A DNA stretch of 64,000 nucleotides from Leptospiraceae bacterium (GTDB lineage: Bacteria; Spirochaetota; Leptospiria; Leptospirales; Leptonemataceae): contig JAVJNR010000008.1 in assembly GCA_040217195.1 (NCBI GenBank), positions 512,001-576,000 on the forward strand, in the 5' to 3' direction. Below, piece after piece: positions 40,238-48,905 of this stretch (positions are counted from its first letter, which is position 1; each line of letters opens with the position of its first letter). The notes below the pieces were generated by a model that searched no databases, was not told the origin of the DNA, and was given only the letters and a program-made list of their open reading frames with translations. The translations under genes and the position numbers were made by a program.

Positions 40238-41479
40238 ATGGCAGCAAATCTGGAACAGGACAAACTGAAGTTTGAATTCCCTCCCCGGCTGAAGCAAATC
40301 AGTCTGGCTTTGATAGCGCTGGGACTGATTCTCACAGTGGCGCAGATTTTCGTACCCTGGCACGGTCATGGAGAGCATGTGCCGGGACACAACCCCAGAC
40401 TATTTCTTTCTATCCTCCTGGCTGTTCTGGTATTCTTACCTGTGGCTGTGGGCGGTATCTATTTCACGGCCCTGCATCATGCATCCGGCGCGGCCTGGAG
40501 TGTATCTGTACGGCGAATCGCAGAATCCTATTTCTGGTTTTTGCCTGTAATTCTTCTGGCTCTAGTCGCAGTATTCTTTGGACTCGGTGATGCGTATCAC
40601 CACTGGGTGGGAAAAGCTGCAGAAGACGAACTGATTCAATGGAAAGCTCCGTATCTGGATCAGACTTTCTTCATTGTAAGAAATCTTATTATCATCGGAA
40701 TCTGGATTTTCTTTGGCCTTCTATTCTGGAAGAAATCCACAGCCCAGGACAATGATGGAAAGGTATCTCATACCAAATCCATGATCAAATGGTCCGCAGG
40801 ATTTCTAGTTCTTTTTGGTCTTACATTCTCCGTTAGCTCCTGGGATCTTTCCATGAGTCTGGAGCCTCACTGGTTTTCTACAATGTGGGCCGTCTACATT
40901 TTCGCAGGTCTTGCTCTAACAACATTCGCATCCCTGATTCTCTGGGTGAACTATCTGAAAGGCCGGGGACTACTGGGCGATGCAGTGAATGAAAATCATA
41001 TTCACGATCTGGGAAAATATCTATGGGGCCATACGATCTTCTGGGCCTACATTGGAATCTGTCAGTATCTTCTGATCTGGTACGCACATATTCCAGAAGA
41101 GACCTACTTTTACAACAATCGACTGTTCACAGATGAAATGGGCTTCAACTCCTGGAGCTGGGTAAGCCTGGGACTTCTGGTTCTTCGATTCTTTATTCCT
41201 TTTTTCGCACTGCTAAAACGTGAGAACAAACGTAATATTAAGTTTCTGTCTGTCATCGCCTGGATTGTAATTCTGGGACAGATCGTAGATATGTACTGGG
41301 TGGCCTACCCAACCCTGGAACATGATGCTTCATTTGTCATGTTTTCCTGGCAAGAACTGGGCCCCCTTCTGGCGCTGGGTGGAGCTTTCATATTCGTTGT
41401 GGGCTCTGCTCTAACAAGAGCTAACCTGGTGCCTGTAAAGGATCCCAAGCTGGAAGAATGTCTGCACATGCACCAATAG
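40238..41479 (+). CDS. actF: alternative complex III membrane subunit F
   Basis: WSVSVRRIAE, WDLSMSLEPHWFSTMW, HIHDLGK, QYLLIWYAHIPEET. Confidence 0.93.
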   Translation: MAANLEQDKLKFEFPPRLKQISLALIALGLILTVAQIFVPWHGHGEHVPGHNPRLFLSILLAVLVFLPVAVGGIYFTALHHASGAAWSVSVRRIAESYFWFLPVILLALVAVFFGLGDAYHHWVGKAAEDELIQWKAPYLDQTFFIVRNLIIIGIWIFFGLLFWKKSTAQDNDGKVSHTKSMIKWSAGFLVLFGLTFSVSSWDLSMSLEPHWFSTMWAVYIFAGLALTTFASLILWVNYLKGRGLLGDAVNENHIHDLGKYLWGHTIFWAYIGICQYLLIWYAHIPEETYFYNNRLFTDEMGFNSWSWVSLGLLVLRFFIPFFALLKRENKRNIKFLSVIAWIVILGQIVDMYWVAYPTLEHDASFVMFSWQELGPLLALGGAFIFVVGSALTRANLVPVKDPKLEECLHMHQ

Positions 41480-41505
41480 GAATGTTTAGAGGGAAAGCGA
41501 AAGAG

Positions 41506-42075
41506 ATGCAATCCAACAAGTATATCATATCTGGAATCCTGATTCTGGCAGCAGCGGCCTGCGGAAAGGAGCCTGCGCCCATCTACAAGGCAACTGCAGA
41601 CAGCCTGTACAATGGATCTGTCTACTACGCAAGTTCCGAGTACAACTGCAAGAGTTGCCATGGCATCGCCTGGGATGGCAATGGCCCGGAAGCAAAAGGC
41701 CTGAAAGAACAGGGAATTGAAGTACCTTCTTTTACAGATGCCACCTCCCCGGAAGTAACTCCCGTGGATTATTTCAAGGCCATGACCGTAGGAACTGAAA
41801 AGACCACTGATCTTCCTTCAGGCCATGCGTATCAATCCCATACAGACCGGGGACGTTGGGCCATGGCTCATTACCTGTATTCTCTGGCTCCTCCGGTTTC
41901 TTCCAAAGACAAGGCCAAACGCGAAGAAGCCATCCATGCAGCCATGGAAGAGGTTAAGCAAGCCTATGCCAGCAGTCGTCGCTGGAATATGGGTTTCACT
42001 CCGCTAAAGGAAAGACCTCAACCTCCCAAACTTGAAGAGATGAGTGGATTCAATCCTGCACCGGCAGAAGAGTAA
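41506..42075 (+). CDS. monoheme cytochrome c lipoprotein
   Basis: Lipobox AAAC; CKSCHG..GNGPEA; RWAMAHYLYSL class I C-terminal helix. Confidence 0.88.
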   Translation: MQSNKYIISGILILAAAACGKEPAPIYKATADSLYNGSVYYASSEYNCKSCHGIAWDGNGPEAKGLKEQGIEVPSFTDATSPEVTPVDYFKAMTVGTEKTTDLPSGHAYQSHTDRGRWAMAHYLYSLAPPVSSKDKAKREEAIHAAMEEVKQAYASSRRWNMGFTPLKERPQPPKLEEMSGFNPAPAEE

Positions 42076-42099
42076 GGCAAACAGGAATCGATCATAACT

Positions 42100-43584
42100 A
42101 TGAAACTACTGAGTAACGACTACAATCGAACAACAGGGCTTTATCTGATCATCTCCACTCTATGGCTCCTTCTGGGCGTTGCCATCCGCGTGGTGAACGA
42201 GATTCAGATGATCACCTTCATGCCCGGACCGGATTCCTATTTTTCCTACGGATATCTTCGTCCGGTGGGTTCCAATCTGCTGATCTTTGGCGGATTGCTG
42301 GGCTACTTTTTCGCCCTTGGATATCAAATCATTCATGCTAGAGCAGGCTTTCGCATTGACCTGGCAGGTCTTGCAGCCCTGGGAGCTCATCAAACGGCCC
42401 TTCTATTTGGAATAATTACCATCTTTGCTGGCTACAATTCCGGTCGAGAATATGGTGAGCTGAACTGGATCGCCGACAACCTGATGATGGTTGTATTCAC
42501 TGTATTTCTGGTCCTACTACTAATTGCACTATGGGGCAAAGAAGATCTAAAGGCCTATGAAAAGCTTACGGCTGCTACCATAGGCGGGATGATGGTTTTC
42601 TATTTCCTGGGTAACTTTGGCATGCCCAATGGTCTTCTGGTGACCACGGCCCCAACATCCGGAGCCCAGGATGCTCTGGTTGCTGAAATGTATCGGAACG
42701 CAGTGCTTACGTTCTTCATTCTGTTCCCTCTGTTTACTATGGGATACTACTGGCTGGAAAAGCATTATGAACTTCCGGTATTCAGTGAGGCCACGGTACA
42801 TTTTCAGATCCTGGCCGGAGCTGTGATGGTGCCTGTGGCCGCCGGTGGCACTTTACTGGGCACAGCCGATGCCAAAATTCTGCAGTATGTGGGCACTGGT
42901 GCAGCCCTGGCTCTGACCATGTCTTTGCTTGCGGGAGTAGCCAATATTCATTATTCTCTGTCTCGAAGCGGTAAGATCATTGAGTCCGACCAGGATGGAA
43001 AAGCTCTTCGCTGGGGTCTGATTCTGGTGGGTGTTTACCTTGCGGTCCGATTTGTGCTACAGATTCCTCTGATTGGATCTGACTTTCGCTACATGGCCTG
43101 GAATAACCAGGACCTGTATTCTCTGGCCGCCACGGCAGTACTACCTCTGGCCCTGGCATCAGCCTATTTGCTGCTGGGCTACTGGAAACAAGCTTCCACT
43201 CCTTCGAAGCTAAAGTCCTTCGGTAATTTCTTTCTCTATACTGGTATCATAACCTTTCTGGGTGCAGCGCTGACCCAGGGTTGGATTCAGGCCCTGAATG
43301 CTTCTTCGCTGGCCGGAGAAGGCGCAGAAAAAGCTCTGGAAAATCCAGCCTGGGCACAGGTTCTCTTCGCAGGTAGCCTGGAATCAGAAGTAGGAAAGGA
43401 TGCACTATTCAGTTATCTGTATTCTGTATATGGATTTGTATTAATCGGGCTAATCATGACTTTTATCGGTGCTCTGGCCGGCGTTTTGGCCGTGCTGGCA
43501 GGTTTGTCCGGAAAAGCGGCGGCTTATAGTCGCCCGAGCATGGTGAGTGAGGCCCCGGTGGCCCAGTCTGCCCAATCGCATTGA
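42100..43584 (+). CDS. cbb3-type oxidase subunit I (CcoN) homolog lacking all heme and CuB ligand histidines
   Basis: About 12 TMs; CcoN-like SYGYLRP, REYGELNW, GAQDALV, YYW..K...PVFS, VHF; ligand positions read G, N, GT, DLY. Confidence 0.85.
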   Translation: MKLLSNDYNRTTGLYLIISTLWLLLGVAIRVVNEIQMITFMPGPDSYFSYGYLRPVGSNLLIFGGLLGYFFALGYQIIHARAGFRIDLAGLAALGAHQTALLFGIITIFAGYNSGREYGELNWIADNLMMVVFTVFLVLLLIALWGKEDLKAYEKLTAATIGGMMVFYFLGNFGMPNGLLVTTAPTSGAQDALVAEMYRNAVLTFFILFPLFTMGYYWLEKHYELPVFSEATVHFQILAGAVMVPVAAGGTLLGTADAKILQYVGTGAALALTMSLLAGVANIHYSLSRSGKIIESDQDGKALRWGLILVGVYLAVRFVLQIPLIGSDFRYMAWNNQDLYSLAATAVLPLALASAYLLLGYWKQASTPSKLKSFGNFFLYTGIITFLGAALTQGWIQALNASSLAGEGAEKALENPAWAQVLFAGSLESEVGKDALFSYLYSVYGFVLIGLIMTFIGALAGVLAVLAGLSGKAAAYSRPSMVSEAPVAQSAQSH

Positions 43585-43603
43585 GACCAAGGAAACGAAC
43601 GAT

Positions 43604-44272
43604 ATGAATTCTCCGTTCAAAACAGTATCTTCTACCGTTGTTACCACCGTGGTGGCCGGGCTTGTTGCTTTCGCAGCCAGTATCGTGCTACCATTTGGAG
43701 CTCCCGATTTGCATGGAAAGCACCAGTATACGCAAGCTCCTGAAGACATTCTGGTTCTAAAAGGTCAGGAAGTCTACTATCAGGAAGGATGCCAGTACTG
43801 CCATAGCCAGGGAATTCGAGCCCAGGCCTGGGAGGTTCTGCGCTTTAGCGATACAGAAAAGCTGGGGTACTATCCAGCTCCCCAGAAGCAGGCAAATCTG
43901 TTTTTTACTCCTTCCGTGCAGGGCTCCACTCGCATTGGTCCTGATCTTTCGCACATTGGACTGAAGATGGATAAATCGGCGCTCAGGGCTCTGCTCCAGA
44001 GTGATCCGTATCAGAATCCCAGGAATCCTCAGTTTGATATGCGAACGGGAAATCATAACTACACGTATCTCTTCTCCCAGGATGAGCTGGATGCCCTGGC
44101 CCTGTCCTGGAAAGTGCGCTGGATGATGAACTTCGGCCTTCCGCTGAATGATCCCTATCAGCGCTCTGCATTCTCCAGACTGGAGGATCAGACTCGAGGA
44201 GATGCTCTGGTGGAATATCTGAACTTCCTGGGAAGCCGACAGGCTGCTTACGATGGAGAGTTCTACCAATAA
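43604..44272 (+). CDS. ccoO: cbb3-type oxidase subunit II (CcoO) homolog, monoheme
   Basis: GQEVYYQEGCQYCHSQGIR, GSTRIGPDLSHIG, DALVEYLNFLG; ATG 43604 with AAGGA. Confidence 0.88.
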   Translation: MNSPFKTVSSTVVTTVVAGLVAFAASIVLPFGAPDLHGKHQYTQAPEDILVLKGQEVYYQEGCQYCHSQGIRAQAWEVLRFSDTEKLGYYPAPQKQANLFFTPSVQGSTRIGPDLSHIGLKMDKSALRALLQSDPYQNPRNPQFDMRTGNHNYTYLFSQDELDALALSWKVRWMMNFGLPLNDPYQRSAFSRLEDQTRGDALVEYLNFLGSRQAAYDGEFYQ

Positions 44273-44326
44273 GATCTCAGTATTGAGGCTTATCAGTTTT
44301 CGACTTAGAAGGATCTGGCAAGAATT

Positions 44327-44830
44327 ATGAGTGATAATAGCAATAACAAAGCCGTACCGGGATGGGTGAATTTCCTTTTCTGGGGAGCGCTGGTGGGTGG
44401 CGTGATGGTTGCCATCTTCTCCCAGGGCTTTCTGAATCAGCCGGATGCTGTGACAGTTCGTGACCAGCTGGGTCAGCGATATGTGGTTCCCAGCATTGAT
44501 ATTATTCCAGTTCGAGATGCAGCCGCCATTGAAGCTGGAAAAGAAACCTACGGCCGAGTTTGTGTGGCCTGTCATGGTCTCAATCTGGAAGGTGGCGTTG
44601 GCCCCAACCTCTCTGACAATGAATGGTGGCATCAGCCAGCAGCAGAGACCAATCTGGCGAAACTGGTCATGAACGGTGTTAGCGCCGGTGAGGCTCTGGG
44701 CCCCAATAAGGTTCCCATGCCTGCTCGTGGTGGCCAGGCTTTATCCAATGAAGAAGTGTGGCAGGTTATATACTATATATCTGACCAGAACGGCTCCATT
44801 GAACAGGATGCTGTTCCAACGGCTCAGTAA
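44327..44830 (+). CDS. ccoP: cbb3-type oxidase subunit III (CcoP)-like monoheme cytochrome c
   Basis: N-terminal VPGW plus TM; CVACHG, GGVGPNLSDNEWWH, MPAR, LSNEEVWQVIYYI. Confidence 0.82.
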   Translation: MSDNSNNKAVPGWVNFLFWGALVGGVMVAIFSQGFLNQPDAVTVRDQLGQRYVVPSIDIIPVRDAAAIEAGKETYGRVCVACHGLNLEGGVGPNLSDNEWWHQPAAETNLAKLVMNGVSAGEALGPNKVPMPARGGQALSNEEVWQVIYYISDQNGSIEQDAVPTAQ

Positions 44831-44910
44831 CTTAGTAGGCTCAGTCAAATCGCATAAGAAGATCAAAATAGTCGCCAGGCCATTCTCCTGGCAGCAATGG
44901 GATCAAATTG

Positions 44911-44938
44911 AAAGCCGTGTTTTCTAGCACGGCTTTTT
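44911..44938 (+). terminator. intrinsic terminator closing the act-cco operon (possibly bidirectional with recJ)
   Basis: aaagccgtgt-tttcta-gcacggcttt followed by tt. Confidence 0.75.
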
Positions 44939-45030
44939 CTATTCTAATGAGTTTCCAGTCCCAGCCTTTATGAGTTTCTACCTGTCCGGGCGGCGGCTCA
45001 TGTCTACTTACCCTTCCCGCCAATCGAATT

Positions 45031-47265
45031 CTAGCCAGCATTCACTGCCGAAACAGTCTTTGCACCGGCTGTAGCGGCAGATTCTTCACTGTTCTTAAAA
45101 AGAGGACTGTCCAGGTCCTGAATCACAAACTGAAACTTAGAGCGCTTTTTGCCTCCCCGGAATACATCCGCCTCCAGGGTGCCCAGTATCCAGTCCACAG
45201 GTATTTGAAGACCGGAAACGGTTCCTCTGGCTTCGGATTCCTGTCCTGACTGCAAAATCATCGTCTGAATAAGTCCACCTCGATTCCAGAGTACACCACG
45301 TACGGTTCGATTACCCTGCAGCGTAATCTGAGCATGGAGCCCACCAGACATGAATTTAACCTCTGTTATCACTGTGTTTTGAATTCTGAATATTGGTTCT
45401 GGATTTCCCGGACCAAAGGGCTCCAGAAATTCCATTTGCTCATAGATCTGCTTGTTCAGTGCAGAAAGTGGCAGATCCACCACCAGACCTTCGCGCACCG
45501 AATGCTCCTCTCCATTCCAACCGGTAGATTCCAACAGTGAATCCATATGAGTTAATAGAGCACCTTCAATAAATTCCAGAGCCTCCCGCTCCAGGGAGAA
45601 GCCCGCCGCTTCTGGATGGCCTCCATATTGGAGTAAATGATCGGACACTCCTTCCAGAATAGAAAGTGCACTCAAACCACCAAAGCTTCGCACGGATCCT
45701 CGAACTCTTTCTCCATCGGGATTCATATAGACCACTGGCCTGCGATAGCGTTCCATGAGTCGACTGGCTAGAATGCCGGACACTCCGGGCTCCAGCCGAT
45801 CATCATAACAGACGATTAGGGGAGCTGTGGTTTTTTCCGGATCCTTTTCCAGAAGTTCTTCTAGTATGGATTGATTCCTTCGCGTACGATCCTTGCGCTT
45901 TTCATTCAGTCTTACAAGTTTGCGAGCCAGGGCACTGGCATCTTCCGGACTGGAGCTACAGAGTAAATCCAGGGCAAGCTCCGTTTCACCCATTCGGCCT
46001 GCCGCATTCAGTACAGGACCAATCTTCCATCCGAAGTCTCGACCGGACCAGTCCGTTCGATCTATTCGCAAAGCTGAATAAAGGGAATCCAGCCCGGGCC
46101 GAAATTCCGGTTCAGGAATAACACTGCCCAATAGAGTATTCAATCGCATACCCAGGCGAGCCACTACTCGATTCTCTCCCAGGAGAGGTACCATATCTGT
46201 AACAAGACCGATGGCAGCCAGATCGGAGTGTTCTACCATGAATTCCAGAAGCCGAGGTCGTTGCATTACAGCGGATGCGAACAGATATTGCCCGGCTCGC
46301 AATCGACCTTCTTCGCTTTCCACCCATGGACTGCAATTCATGCGACTTTCATCCACCAGTTCCTCTTCCGTAATCCTTTGAATGTCTGGTTGAATGTTCA
46401 TTATTCCGTTTAGGGCCAGCGGAGGCTGAATCTCTTTCTCCGCCATGAATTGGCCCATAGAGAGAAGGGATTGCTCCAGCTGTTGTTTGGCCAGGGACTC
46501 ATCAGCGGGCAGCGAAGCTGGCAACAAATCCCTTACTTCTGATGGAAGCACACTGGACGATGGATCTACCGAAGAATGCAAAAAGGCACCGGTCCGGTAC
46601 AGATTATAACTTCCATCCTTGCTGGCCAGAATTTCCACTCGGTTCCACAGAGCAGTATGGGAAAGTGCATAGGCAATTAGCAGTTTATAAACCAATCCCA
46701 CAGTGGCGATCTTTCCTCTATGTTCCAGACTTTCGCAGTAAGGTAATAACCTTGGGTTGATAAAGGCGCAGTAGGGAATACCCTGAGGATCGGAGATAAC
46801 ATGGTGATCCAGAACGATAACCCTTTTACCCGCATCCAGAACTTGCTGTATCTCGCTTAAGTGAGCGCTTCCCATATCCATGAGAATGACCAGGGGCGCT
46901 CTGGATGCGATAATCCTGTCCAGAAAGCTACCTGCAAGGCCGTAATCATCCCCTTCGCTGGAGACCAGGGTATCGACCAGGGCCACTTCCGGACCGGTTC
47001 TTTGATCCAGAAATCGGTGTAGCAATGCCGTTGAGGTAACTCCATCCACGTCCCGGTCTCCTACAAGTAAGATGGGAGACTGCTTTTGAATGGCATCATC
47101 CAGGTATTGAACGGCCAGAGCCATTCCAGGAAGGGATAAGGGACTGTGCATCACCGGATACTCTACAAAAAAGTCCGGATCGTTCAGATGCTCATAGGCA
47201 GAGTTGGCTTTTAGAGACTCCACCAGGTTTTTTCCGTCGGTTGAAATGCTATCCATCGGTTCCAC
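45031..47265 (-). CDS. recJ: single-stranded-DNA-specific exonuclease RecJ with internal insertion
   Basis: GDRDVDGVTS, DMG, LDHH, INP, DMVPLLGENR, GPVLNAAGR, RGSVRS, GGHPEAAGF, EPFGPGNPEP. Confidence 0.93.
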   Translation of the reverse strand: MEPMDSISTDGKNLVESLKANSAYEHLNDPDFFVEYPVMHSPLSLPGMALAVQYLDDAIQKQSPILLVGDRDVDGVTSTALLHRFLDQRTGPEVALVDTLVSSEGDDYGLAGSFLDRIIASRAPLVILMDMGSAHLSEIQQVLDAGKRVIVLDHHVISDPQGIPYCAFINPRLLPYCESLEHRGKIATVGLVYKLLIAYALSHTALWNRVEILASKDGSYNLYRTGAFLHSSVDPSSSVLPSEVRDLLPASLPADESLAKQQLEQSLLSMGQFMAEKEIQPPLALNGIMNIQPDIQRITEEELVDESRMNCSPWVESEEGRLRAGQYLFASAVMQRPRLLEFMVEHSDLAAIGLVTDMVPLLGENRVVARLGMRLNTLLGSVIPEPEFRPGLDSLYSALRIDRTDWSGRDFGWKIGPVLNAAGRMGETELALDLLCSSSPEDASALARKLVRLNEKRKDRTRRNQSILEELLEKDPEKTTAPLIVCYDDRLEPGVSGILASRLMERYRRPVVYMNPDGERVRGSVRSFGGLSALSILEGVSDHLLQYGGHPEAAGFSLEREALEFIEGALLTHMDSLLESTGWNGEEHSVREGLVVDLPLSALNKQIYEQMEFLEPFGPGNPEPIFRIQNTVITEVKFMSGGLHAQITLQGNRTVRGVLWNRGGLIQTMILQSGQESEARGTVSGLQIPVDWILGTLEADVFRGGKKRSKFQFVIQDLDSPLFKNSEESAATAGAKTVSAVNAG

Positions 47266-47431
47266 GATTATATGTTATTATGTCCATGTGACAAGCGAGA
47301 AAAGCCGCAGAATTCAGGCAGGCGGACCAGGCGTCAGGCAGCAGACATTGCCAGGTCATTACCAATTCCAGAAACAGGAGGACCTATTCTGCCTGGCCTG
47401 TTTGTGCCCGGAAGACGGTAATAGCCGTAGA

Positions 47432-47890
47432 TCAGTAGGGCCCGGATGAGGATTTTAATTCCTCTGGATCCGCCAGCCGGGGTCTCTGGCCTGTGGACGC
47501 TTCCAGAGGATCCAGGTATCTGGGGGTTTCGGACAAATGCCTGCCAGCCAGAGGAAATCGCTCGGACAGATCCCCTCCTTCTCGAAAGAACAATCTCTCA
47601 AGTGAAATCAAGAATCCATACCAGCCATGTTTGCGAATGGCCTTATGAGCGTAGGCGGAGCAGGAAGGATACATAGGGCATCGGGGGCCGTCCAGGTGGG
47701 TACCGGTGGTTCGATGATACTCAACCAGCGCATCCACAAGTCCCAGCCCGGGGGCCACATCTTCTTTTTCTGAAGCAGCGGTGCAGTGAATTACAGAAGA
47801 AATAGCCAGCGCTGCCAGAAAGAAAAACCTGAGCCCACCGGATCTTTCTGTGGATCTACTCCTTTTACTATGCTGGATATTACTATTCAT
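47432..47890 (-). CDS. YidD-like (membrane protein insertion efficiency factor family) protein with signal peptide
   Basis: RCPMYPSCSAYAHKAIRKHG, YLDP; N-terminal hydrophobic FFFLAALAISSVIHC; ATG 47890 with AAGGA. Confidence 0.8.
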   Translation of the reverse strand: MNSNIQHSKRSRSTERSGGLRFFFLAALAISSVIHCTAASEKEDVAPGLGLVDALVEYHRTTGTHLDGPRCPMYPSCSAYAHKAIRKHGWYGFLISLERLFFREGGDLSERFPLAGRHLSETPRYLDPLEASTGQRPRLADPEELKSSSGPY

Positions 47891-47927
47891 TTCCTTATTT
47901 TTTCCGGTTGAAAAAAGGACCGCAACT

Positions 47928-48863
47928 ATGAAAAACATGCTACAGCCTATGCTGCCGCATAAAGCCCTGAGGCACAATCTTTTCTATTACCCGGCGCTCC
48001 TGCTATTTCTGGTCTTTGAATTCTACTCCACTGCATTGAGTGCGCAGCAAGTCCAGCCCTGCAATCGCCCGCAAGGCAATGCATTATACAATGCAGGTCA
48101 ATACCCCCTGGCATCCCTTTCCTTCTTTGAATCTCCCTTCGAAAAATCAACTGATTGTGCAGAACGGTACGCACTGGCACGTATGCGAGACGGTGATTTT
48201 CGCAGGGCCAGGGATGCATTACGCAATCGCTTTGACAATTCTTCGTTGCTGCTTCGAATGTTTGCAGGCATACCACTGGGAGAGTACAACGATGTACTCT
48301 TCGATCGAGACCAATTTCTGGCCGGGGATGCGCCGGATAAACAGAAGGATATAGCGCGACTGCTGGGACTTTCTGTTTATCTTGATGCCGGGGATTACAG
48401 CCGAGCCAACCCTGGACTGGAAAGGCTTCAAAAAAGCACAAGCCATGAAGATTTAAGATTACTTATTGGCCAGGTTCGCACAGACCTTCTGGAATACGAA
48501 TCTCTGGACCGAAAGTCTCCCTGGATTGCGGGCGGACTGGCAACTCTCTTTCCGGGGGCCGGACATGTATACACAGAGCATTATACGGATGCGGCCCTTT
48601 CGCTCTTCTGGAATGGGGTATTTCTGGGCGGTGGAGCGTACCTGTACAATCTCGAGCGAAAAGCAGATGTGAGCCATGGAGGCTCCATTGTATTTGGTCT
48701 TGCAGGACTGATATTCTACGCTGCCAATATCACAGGAGCCATCAGTTCTGCACATAGGTACAACTATTTTCAGGAAAGAAGGCTTCAGCAAAAAATTCGG
48801 GAACGATATTTTAATCTTGATTTTATTGAGAAACAATCCGGGCTTACATTCACTGTTCAATAG
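47928..48863 (+). CDS. exported TPR-like protein with C-terminal TM2-like hydrophobic segment
   Basis: Signal peptide; helical repeats; KSPWIAGGLATLFPGAGHVY. Confidence 0.75.
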   Translation: MKNMLQPMLPHKALRHNLFYYPALLLFLVFEFYSTALSAQQVQPCNRPQGNALYNAGQYPLASLSFFESPFEKSTDCAERYALARMRDGDFRRARDALRNRFDNSSLLLRMFAGIPLGEYNDVLFDRDQFLAGDAPDKQKDIARLLGLSVYLDAGDYSRANPGLERLQKSTSHEDLRLLIGQVRTDLLEYESLDRKSPWIAGGLATLFPGAGHVYTEHYTDAALSLFWNGVFLGGGAYLYNLERKADVSHGGSIVFGLAGLIFYAANITGAISSAHRYNYFQERRLQQKIRERYFNLDFIEKQSGLTFTVQ

Positions 48864-48905
48864 TGGCAGTAGCTCCCGGCTGGAAGGACAAATTAAGGAT
48901 ATACT

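Noticed and set aside
42100..43584. ccoN as a pseudogene, or as nitric oxide reductase NorB
   Set aside because: ORF is intact and full length with non-ligand motifs retained; NorB also needs the six His that are missing
43757..44632. 291-aa antisense ORF across ccoO-ccoP
   Set aside because: Shadow of well-supported plus-strand genes; no motifs; similar antisense ORFs occur over serA, pckA, clpB and acnA
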